Shown here: in pieces, positions 41,701 through 50,869 of the stretch
How the letters are laid out: every line of letters begins with the position of its first letter
How positions within the stretch are numbered: the stretch's first letter is position 1
From: Eledone cirrhosa
Lineage: Eukaryota
Reading direction: 5' to 3'
Assembly (NCBI GenBank): GCA_964016885.1
Contig: OZ024740.1
Coordinates: forward strand, 316,138,001 to 316,202,000
DNA: 64,000 nt
Notes under the pieces: generated by a model
What the model saw: only the letters and a program-made list of their open reading frames with translations
The model's database searches: none
What the model was told of the DNA's origin: nothing
Translations under genes and position numbers: made by a program

Positions 41701-42730
41701 GCCTCCATGGATTTCGTCGTAGCCGTCACAATGTTGTCCAACGTGACCATTTAGGTCGCCTGCGATAATTATATAGTCACTGTCGGATATTTGGGAGGTA
41801 GTTAGCATCAGTGTCTCATAGAATCTGTCTTTTATAGTGCCGGGCAGTCCGGATTGGGGTGCGTACGCAGATATTACTGTCACCGTAGTTCTATTGAGGA
41901 CAAGTCGTATTTTAATTATTCTGTCGTTCACTCTATTTACGTCTATTATCTTATCTGCCCACTTTTCTGCTACCATGATTCCTACTCCACCCAGCCCATC
42001 GTCGTTTCCCACCCAGAAAAGCTTATAACAACGTTTTTTACCCTCAATGAACCTAGCAGACCCACCCCTCCACCTGGTCTCTTGAATACAACAAACATCG
42101 ACCTCCTTACGTTCAAGCATTTCTACAACCTCGTTAGCGCGACCCTTTAGGGTGCCTACATTTATGGTACCAACTCTGAAGTTTTGGATTGCGTTTGGGG
42201 GTTGGGGGCGGTGAGGGGCGGGGGGCGATGGGGTTATGTTAGCCGTCCGCGGTCGAAACAATGAGGAGTGCTCGCATTCTCGTCCAAGGGGTGAATTTGT
42301 CTTTATCTTTGGCATTGTCACTGAGCGTCCAGATTTTTCTCTCTCACCTCCACTCTCCAGGATTCCGCAGTCCATCCATCCATCATATATCGTATATCGA
42401 AAGGCAACCAGGCAAGCGATAGTATAGGCCTCTGGTTTCTGATTGGTCCGCGTAATAATACTGGTGATACGTGGGGGCTCTGTTTTATGATTGGTCCACG
42501 TAATAGCAATGGTGGTGTGTGGGGGTGGGAGGGAGGGGTGTTGGGTAGCTAGCAAGAAGGTAATGATTGAGAGGGGTCTATGCATTTAACAAGCGATTAA
42601 CAAAAATACAAAATTTGTTCTGTTAAATACGTCCAAAAACCTAAACGTATTTAGCACTTAATAGAAACAGAAAATGTAGTTTGTTTTAGCGATAGATTGG
42701 CTATTTGGACTTGAATACGAAATGTGGTTT
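38746..42730 (-). mobile_element. RTE LINE copy 4, apparently (near) full length, about 4.0 kb
   Basis: 5' leader, single long ORF, 3' UTR, hairpin and (GAT)n; flanked on both sides by (TA)n. Confidence 0.97.
39145..42585 (-). CDS. RTE ORF: AP endonuclease, reverse transcriptase and PHD-type finger (1146 aa; true start uncertain)
   Basis: GTINV, CIQETRW, SAYAPQ, AGDLNGHVG, VDYIL, SQHRL; NYRGIKL, QFGF, FVDLEKAFD, QGSVLSP, YADD, FRYLG. Confidence 0.95.
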   Translation of the reverse strand: MHRPLSIITFLLATQHPSLPPPHTTIAITWTNHKTEPPRITSIITRTNQKPEAYTIACLVAFRYTIYDGWMDCGILESGGEREKSGRSVTMPKIKTNSPLGRECEHSSLFRPRTANITPSPPAPHRPQPPNAIQNFRVGTINVGTLKGRANEVVEMLERKEVDVCCIQETRWRGGSARFIEGKKRCYKLFWVGNDDGLGGVGIMVAEKWADKIIDVNRVNDRIIKIRLVLNRTTVTVISAYAPQSGLPGTIKDRFYETLMLTTSQISDSDYIIIAGDLNGHVGQHCDGYDEIHGGYGFGTRNEEGSRILEFCDANNLTICNTNFKKRDNHLITYRSGEHTSQVDYILTRRRDRVSVVNTKSLPHEECTSQHRLIISDLIVRTRRTRQQKRTILRRKIWKLKDPTARNKFQSILLDAFDSKEEHLESDNIEGEWEFLKANLLLATDEVCGWSRPVGRRRVTWWWNSKVEGSIKAKKQAWKVWRDGGSREDYQVARREARRQVYLARREAEERKFKHVLQRDDQKREVFRIARQCVKENRDIVGEKCVLNDDGTLAITDADKKVAWKCHYERLLNEENNWEKGSLPHIDPIEGPAVLVEGSIISKAIKDMKTGKAAGPSEIVAEMLKASGTVGHTMVTRIVNQVVQNGVVPKDWHSSIIVNCYKGKGDALDRSNYRGIKLIDQVMKVTERVIAQLIRERIDLDEMQFGFVSGKSTTDALFIVRQLQEKYLAKGKPLYLAFVDLEKAFDRVPRSIIWWALRKLGVDEWLVRAIQAMYKETVSKVRINNEYSEEFSVKVGVHQGSVLSPLLFIIALQAITEEFKTGCPWELLYADDLTLIAESMAELEKKFQTWKHGLESKGLKINLAKTKVLVCRKENKAAVPSGKWSCSVCRKGVGRNSILCPKCKVWVHKRCSGITGKLTKNIDFTCGRCSGAISSSKCPQTTSSFNCAEGSIEIVDSFRYLGDKISSGGGCSESTVARVRTGWKKFRELIPLLAAKGFSLKMKGRLYDACIRTAMLHGSETWALCAEDIRRLERNEACMLRWMCNSNIRERQSINELRNKLEIRGIRCCLLERRLRWYGHVMRMKVDSCITKCRAIKIDGSHGIGRPRKTWDELINSDITHLHLSKTMSLDRDLWRYSVTEKTRLT

Positions 42731-42874
42731 TATATATATATATATATATAATATATATAATATATCTATATATTATATATATATTATATATATATATATA
42801 TTATATATATATATATTATATATATATATAATATATATAATATATCTATATATTATATATATATTATATATATA

Positions 42875-42913
<39 letters not shown>

Positions 42914-43095
42914 CTATATATTATATATATATTATATATATATATATATTATATATATATATATATATTATATATATATATATATATTATATATATATAT
43001 ATATATATATTATATATTATATATATATATATATATTATATATATATATATATATTATATATATATATATTATATATTATATATATATTATATAT

Positions 43096-43165
<70 letters not shown>

Positions 43166-43231
43166 TATAGAACAAGTCTAAAATCAACCAAATATATATA
43201 TATATATATGTATATAATATATATATATATA

Positions 43232-43263
<32 letters not shown>

Positions 43264-43293
43264 ATATATAATATATATTATATATATTATATT
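42731..43293. repeat. Interrupted (TA)n tract
   Basis: Visible directly. Confidence 0.95.
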
Positions 43294-43326
43294 TATGAAA
43301 AACCACAGACCCTCCATCTCAACTCA

Positions 43327-43364
43327 CCTTTTGAAAAGCAGAAGAACTGCGAAACCGGTAAAGG
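43327..43364 (+). ncRNA. Minimal type I hammerhead ribozyme motif, U3-A8 variant
   Basis: CCTT-TTGAAAA-GCAG-aagaa-CTGC-GAAA-CCGG-T-A-AAGG, then AATAAA; on a ~210-bp island inside (TA)n. Confidence 0.75.
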
Positions 43365-43739
43365 AACCAAATAAATATATATAATTTTTTAAAAAATAAG
43401 ACTCCAGTTGCATTTTCGATTTCATCTATTTTTCTTTATACTTTCACTCGTGTAGGACACCTCGGTTATTTTTCATTTTGTAAAAAACACCTCACTTTCT
43501 AATATATATATCATATATATTATATTATATATATATATATTATATATATATATGCAGAGTCAGGTTCAATCTATAATAGATCCTGCCTTGTCAGAGAAAT
43601 TAATGTAATATGATAATAAATTGTGTTTTGGTGCATCACTGGTTCCTCGTTGTCTATAATAATAATAATATACTTTGCTCTGCACGAGCATCGAGTGCTA
43701 AAATGGCATACCACCTACAGACGCATTTATTGCAACCTT

Positions 43740-43770
<31 letters not shown>

Positions 43771-44299
43771 TATTTCCTCATATTTTATTGCAAGCAGGGA
43801 AAAGTGGACGTAAAATGATGATGATGATATATTAAAAAGTAAAAAAATAAAAAGCCTCTAGGAAGAAAAATCTTGGTTTTTCTCCAAACTGCCTCCTATG
43901 GAACCCCCTTGATAATTAATGGTTAATGAGAAAGATTTTGGGATTGTTAAATTGCTCAGATAACTTTCAGTCATTCTTCTTACCTTTTGTTTTGCTTTCT
44001 CTCTTAATTCCCTTCTGGCTATTATCTTGGTAATCCAACCCACTTGCATTACACAGCTTTCTAAACAAACAAACTGACTTTTCAGTTTCATATATATTTA
44101 TATATAATGTATATAACATGATATATAATTGTTGACTGGCAATCACAGTTGTTGTTGATTGGATACAAACATATGATGAATGTCATCAGAAATAGTGTAT
44201 TACCATCAGATAATCATAAGGTACAAAATATATTTATTAAATTAAAACAAGTTTAAGACACAAATAACAAAAATAACAAAAGTTTTATCATTGCAATAT

Positions 44300-44630
44300 C
44301 TCACATAAACCAGGTTTCTGATATTTCCTACGATGAGATGTACCTGGATATTGATATTGGATATTCCAGCAGTAATCCACCATTATGTGAGTATTTTATC
44401 ATCTACTCTACTGTTCTTCTATGGTCCTTAGTTCTTGGTGAAATCGTTCTCCCTGTTCCCTACTTAGACCACTATTGTAATCTAGGAAATGATCCAAATA
44501 AATGTGAAATGATCCAATGTCGTTTGATGTTCATTTTACAGCCAAGTTTACAAAAATAAGTGAACATATTTTCCACAAGTTCACCGAAGTTATCAACCTT
44601 TTAGTTCCTAAAGAAATTCTCTACAACCAC
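44300..44630 (-). mobile_element. Degenerate DNA transposase C-terminus, Chapaev3/CMC-like
   Basis: Minus strand ELVENMF..KLGCKMNIK, then frameshifted LDHF...EQGERFHQELRTIEE...IMVDYCW. Family assigned from remembered motif. Confidence 0.6.
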
Positions 44631-44974
44631 CGAGGGCCGACTGAAAAGTTCATGGGTTGACCAAGATGCTCTCATGGGATAACCAAATGAGGTTTATTTT
44701 TCAACATAGTCCCAAGCAAGAAACTGTAGTTATTAATATGAATAGTTCAAATTAATGCATGCAAAATTTCTACATGTGTAGCCCCCCCCCCCCCCCCCCC
44801 CATCTCTGCTTGGAGCCTTATAGAGTGTTTCATCAAACCTAGTTTGCTGTGCAGTGGTGGTTATATGATTGTTTCTCTGCCAACCAAATGTTCTTTGATG
44901 ATATCTTCTCCATCAACCATGTTTTCTCTCAGAGGCCCCTGTCTTCTCACCCGTTGATTAGCTTTAGCTCTACT

Positions 44975-45130
44975 GTGCCAGAGACATATAAGACACAGGT
45001 ACTGGGTACAGCAAGAATTATTAAAAAGATCCTTGAGCTCTAGAGAAACAAGTTGTGACTGGAACTTAAGAACAAAAGTTCCAATTTATTTGTGCAAAAC
45101 AACCACAATAATAATAATAATAATAATAAT
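44975..45130 (+). mobile_element. R4/Dong-like LINE 3' end with (TAA)n tail
   Basis: KTQVLGTARIIKKILEL* followed by a short UTR and (AAT)n. Confidence 0.65.
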
Positions 45131-45330
45131 GATTTCTGATTTAGTCACAAGGCCAACAATTTGGGAGGAAGGGAAAGTCAATTAAATCAATTCCAGTACA
45201 TAACTGGTACTTTATTTTATTGACCCTTTAAGGATGAAAGGCAGGATTTGAACTCAGAAAGTAAAGACCCAGAACAAATACTGTTAAACATTTGTCCAAT
45301 ACTCTACCAATCCCGCCAACCCACCGTCCC
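45131..45330 (-). mobile_element. Meta-like SINE inside (AAT)n
   Basis: Reverse-complement tail, core and B box; (AAT)n on both sides. Confidence 0.75.
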
Positions 45331-48300
45331 TAATAATAATAATAATAATAATTCAGCTATAATTGTTATAAAAACTAATCTCAAATTAGTCAGTGTTAAT
45401 AGACTACATCATGACTGATCGTGACTGAACATCAGTAAATAGATGGTGTAACTTGTAAATGGCGATGAAATTAAAACAAAGGATTTATTCCCCAAAGAAA
45501 AGAGTCAGAGGAATACAGGAGAGAAAAGAACAGTGTAAAGAAAACAAAAGCCCCATTAATCTTATGAAGAATCTATTACAATAGAATTTAAAGTGATGAA
45601 AATAATAGAAAGAAAGACTACAACCACCCTCTTTGTATTAATGGTGATAGTTTAGCAAACAAATACACATCAGGGGATGGAAACATTATCGATAACAAAA
45701 ACAGAAGAATATGAAAGGGGGTTATTTTCTATTTTAATTTTTAAAATTTTTTATTTACTTTTGATTGATGATGAGGATGAGGCAGCAGCAGTAACAGCTT
45801 GCATTATCTGACCATTCATAAGACAATATGAGATTGCAACACAGCTCTGTCTTAAAAATAGGATATTAGATAATGTACATAGTGATACACTATACCAAAA
45901 CAAAAACAAAACAAACAAAAAACAGTATGGTCATGGCTGGTATGCCTTTGACTATAGGTTTATTTGCTGAATGTAAACTTAAAATGTTTACAGACTATGT
46001 GGGCTGAATGTAAAACAAAAACTAGAGCTCAAGGAAATTATTCATTATCAGTAATTACAAAACAAAAAAAAGTTAATAAAATTTTCTAAAATAAGATGTG
46101 AGTTTAATGTTCAGATTAAATGAAGTTCTGGAGAATTAATAGGTAAGGGTTTAACCCTTTAGCATTTACATTACTCTATATTTATTATTATATTTTCAAG
46201 GTAAAGGTTTTACCTCACATAATATCAAAGCTATGAGATTTTGATATTATTTATTTTGAGAACAATACCTTAACATCAGTATGAGCGGCCAGTTACAACT
46301 GGTTTGAACAGAAAGAGGTGAGAGAATTCTGGCTGGAGACAGCCAGTTTAAACGTTAAAGGTTTAATGAATTAGATAGAGTATATAGATGAATACCATAA
46401 AGCATGGAATTTGAACTCAAAACATAGATAGCTGAAATGAACAACATAAAGCATTCTTTCTGACATTCTAATGATTCTGCCAATGCACCACCTTCTAAGA
46501 TATATCACAGACCCTAAAGGCCAGTTCTGTATAAAACTAAACACAGAGGACCTAATGAAGTAACCTCAATATGGTCAAACACTAGACTATTACTTCATTT
46601 ATTGATCTCAAAATGATGAAATGCAAAGTTAACCTCAGTGGGATTAGAACTCAGAGCACAGATAGTCTGAGCGAATACTGCCAAGCATTCTATCTGACAT
46701 TCTAACAACTCTGCCAATTCACCACCTTCTAAGATATATTGCAGATCATAAATGCGATCTCTGCATAAAACCAAACATAAAACCTAATGAAAAAGCCTCT
46801 ACATAGTCATTCAGCCTGTTTAAAATATCAACAAAATTTTTCTCATATCATACCCTACTGTATTTTTTAAAAATGCAAGTCATGTTAAATAGTGAAGTTG
46901 GAAATACAGTGTTTAAAAATACAAATAGAATGGTCATAGCTGGAATGCCCTTGATCATAGGTCTGTACAATTAGGGCTAGCCTGGGGTTAAACAGGAGCA
47001 ATAGCACTCAAATGAAAGCAATTAACCTTCAGCTTGATAGCTAGTATATCATGATGATGTTTGTGGTTGTGATGTGGATGACGATGAGTGTCTCTCTGCC
47101 AGGCATGTCTTTTATGTGGGATTGACTAAAATTATTAATTATTTTGTTAGTAAGATAGTAACTTTCTTTATAAAATTATGTTGGAAGATATTAATTTAAA
47201 TAAGAACCCTTTAAAATGGGTGTTATATTTCATAGAACCAGAGCTTGTTTTGGCCAGGTTGGTAACTAAAGGGTTAACCCTTTCATGACTGTATTTCTAA
47301 TGAAATACACTCTATTTCAATTAGTTAATGAAGAATTTTGAGGGATTGACTAAAATTATTAATTATTCCATTACTAAGATAGTAGCCTAATGTAAGGTTC
47401 TTATATAAAATTATATTGGAAACCTTTAAGATGGGTGGTTTTATTTCATAGAACCAGAGCTGGTTTTTACCAGGTTGGTAACTAAATGGTTAATCATAGT
47501 TAACTTGGAGCTAAACAACAACTTAAAATATGTTTTTTATATAAAATTATGTTGGAAGATGTTAATTTAAATAGGAACCTTTAAGATTGGTGATTTTATT
47601 TCATTGAACCAGAGCCAGTTTTGGTCGGGTTGGTAACTAAAGGGTCGATCATAGTTAACTAGAAGCTAAACAACAACGACAATAACAACTGGAATATTTT
47701 GACACTATTTACCAGTCAGCTGCTCAAACTAAAGATATCATCGTACTACAGGATTGTTTAATATTCACTAATTGGTGAATCAAGGCAAATTAACTGGATA
47801 TTGTTAAGTAGAGAAATAACATGTATCTATTATAGATCTGACTATATTTGTTCACAATATTTTTTCAATGAGCTATAGAAATGTAGGCACAATTTAGATT
47901 ATTATTCAATATTAACAATAGCACAAACACAGTGTGTTTCGAAATAAAGGCATATGTATAGTAAATATGCATGGTGACAAATTGGCAGAGTTGATAAAAT
48001 ACTTCTCAGTATTCTTTTCAGCTCTCAGCTCTCTGAGTTCAAATTCTACTGAGGTCAATTTGCCTTAATTGAGGTCAATAAAAAAGTACCAGTCTAGTCA
48101 CTGGGGTCGATTCTTCTGCTATCTCTCTTTCTCATTTTCATTCTCTCACTCTCTACCCCCCCCCCCCCCCCCTGGAAGAAATCTGCTGTATTCAGACCTG
48201 GGGAGGAGATGGGCTCCACCAGGTTTCAAAATGCCCTAGAAATGTCATATGTCAATGCGGTTCCCTCACAACTCCCTCGGAAGTTACAGGACCCTGGATG

Positions 48301-48984
48301 CATAGTAAACATGCATATAGTCTCACTAGGAGTATTTTAACTCTTAATATCATATGATGATTTAGCTGAAAATATATAAAAACTAGGTTTGTTAATTTAA
48401 ATGTGTAAAGTATCTCAGATCGATAAAGCTGAGTAAGGAGATATCAAAGGAATGCGACAAGTGAAAATATGTCGTACTGAAAAGGACCTTTCCAACCCAT
48501 GCAAGCGTGGGACAATGGACATGATAATGATGATGATGATGATGATGAGATTGTTGTGAAAATTTGTAACACTAGAATAAAGTCTTTAATTTTTCATGTG
48601 ATGCAGTAATAATACTGTTTTGTATTTTTTTTTAATATCTTGCTAATGTGATTTCATGCAATACAGATTGTTAAAAGTTAAGCTATGATCATATCACAGA
48701 TATTTCAGTATTGGTATAGACAGCACTTCTACATCAGCATTGAGGTAACTGTGATATAGACTTTCTGATATCATATTCAATATGTTTATAATACATAAAC
48801 ATATTGAATCATCATCATCATCATCATATGAATATGAGTCCATATAGATTTTTATTATGTTATTCAATAGTTGAACTTATCAAATATGTATATAGTTAAG
48901 CCAAATATTTGGCTGAAGGAAAATATATCAAGAGAGAGTTCTGTATATAAAATACAAATCCAGGAATATCTCATATATGTAATA

Positions 48985-49350
48985 TATTTGTTTCTACTTT
49001 AGGCACAAGGCCAGCAATTATGCAGTGCATTACTGGTACTTTATTATACATATGTAATATAATGGCTTCTGATTTAGGCTCAAGGCCAACAATTTGGGGG
49101 AGGGGAAAGTTGATTAAATTGACCACAGTGTATTACTGGTACTTTATTTTATCAACCCCATAAGGATGAAAGGCAAAGCTAATCTCAGCTGGATTTGTAC
49201 TCAGAACGTAAAGGGCCATAACTTTATGCTGTAAAGCATGTTGTCTGATACTCTAGTGATACTCCCCATCTACCACCCTTAACAATAATAGTGATAACTA
49301 TTTCTAACATTGGCATAAAGGCCAGCAATTTGATGATACTGCCAATCCAC
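48985..49350 (-). mobile_element. Cluster of Meta-like SINE copies and fragments
   Basis: Three reverse-complement tails and one complete body. Confidence 0.75.
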
Positions 49351-50869
49351 TACCCTTATGTTACATATGTAATATAATGAGTTGGAAAACTTCAAACAAT
49401 TGAGATTATTTCTGCAAATAATAGACAAAACTCTCTCTAGGAGTATTTAAAATCTAAAAACAACAGACAAGAGAGATAACTTTAATAAAATTATTTCATC
49501 AACATTTTTGGATAATAAAACAATGCAGATTTAAGTGGATGAAAGCAATAGACATGTTTCAATTTTATTAGACCTCCTCAGCGAAGTGTATTTTATTCAG
49601 TTATCATAGCTCTGTTAACACTCAAAGCAGTTTAAAACAAGGAATGGAAAATATATTAGTTGTCATTGGATTTTAATTCCAGTTTTTTACCCTTTTACTC
49701 TTTTTCTATTGTCGTCCTTAATGCAATGGTGTTTTAATTGCTGCTAGGTCATCAGTGTAACAGTGTCAAGCTATCTATTGTTAATAGCCAGAGCATGGAC
49801 GAAGGTCACTTACTTTTCTATGGCAGATAGCAGAACATCTAATGTAAATAGACAATCAATTTTAAGATCAGCCAATGTCTGACTGTGTTTATCCCTAGGG
49901 AAAGATAGAATATATTTTAATATTTCAGTTGCTTTCACTTCAAGATTAAAACTGAACAGTAGAAATATGTATCCAATTTTATATACATTTATAAAAAGAA
50001 CTTTCTTAAGAAAATTATTGATATCTACATCGGCTTGTTTTAAAGACCTATTGTGATGGAGAGGTGACTGAGATTATAGAAAACTAACCCACACAACAAA
50101 ATATGAGGAAATTTATTTGTTTCATAATGTGAAAAGGTGTAGATTTGACATATTGCTTTTGGTTTCCTTGTTTTAATAATATTTGCAATACAATAAAATG
50201 GAAAATACAGGATTTACCAAAAGGGAAAATGGAAAAAGAGAAATTTACCAAAAGTAAGAATGGAATTAAGAAAACTTTTAAATGGAAAATTTGTCCCCCT
50301 TATATTTTCTACTAATTACCATATCCCACATATGTGTATTGATTTTGATGAAAAAAAAAAAAAAAATAGCAGCTTATCAGCTGTATTACAGATTAGCATT
50401 ATGACTGGTGGAAATCATGCCACCCATCTCACTTTTGGCCCGTTGTGCCTCTCTCCCAGAACATAATGTCACTTTTGAGTCCTTCAGTTTGAAAACTTGC
50501 TTTAGATTGTTGCACATACTAATTCATACACACAACATCATTTAACGTCTGCTTTCCTTCCTTGTATGCACACGGTAAACAAAGAAGGCCACGTGTCATC
50601 CTTTTCCGACACTACTCTTTCCCTTTGGAAAACCCGCCTGTTGATGGATGTGAAATCCGAAATATAGGGACTATTAAATCGTTTCCAAGGTAACTCTATC
50701 TCGTGTTATTTTTTACACTTTTCCTATGTTCTTTTCCGCTCTCTTAGTCTTTTTCTATGCTTCCTCTTACATCTCTCTCTCAATACCACCTGATTTTGTT
50801 ACCTGGAGATTTACCCATCTGCATTGATGAGGCTTCCTAAACGACTATTTTTAATATATATATATATAT

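Noticed and set aside
39335-42150. Antisense ORFs recurring in each RTE copy
   Set aside because: Shadows of the RT ORF, repeated only because the copies are near identical.
43858-44091. 77-aa ORF as a host exon
   Set aside because: No recognisable domain or convincing splice sites.
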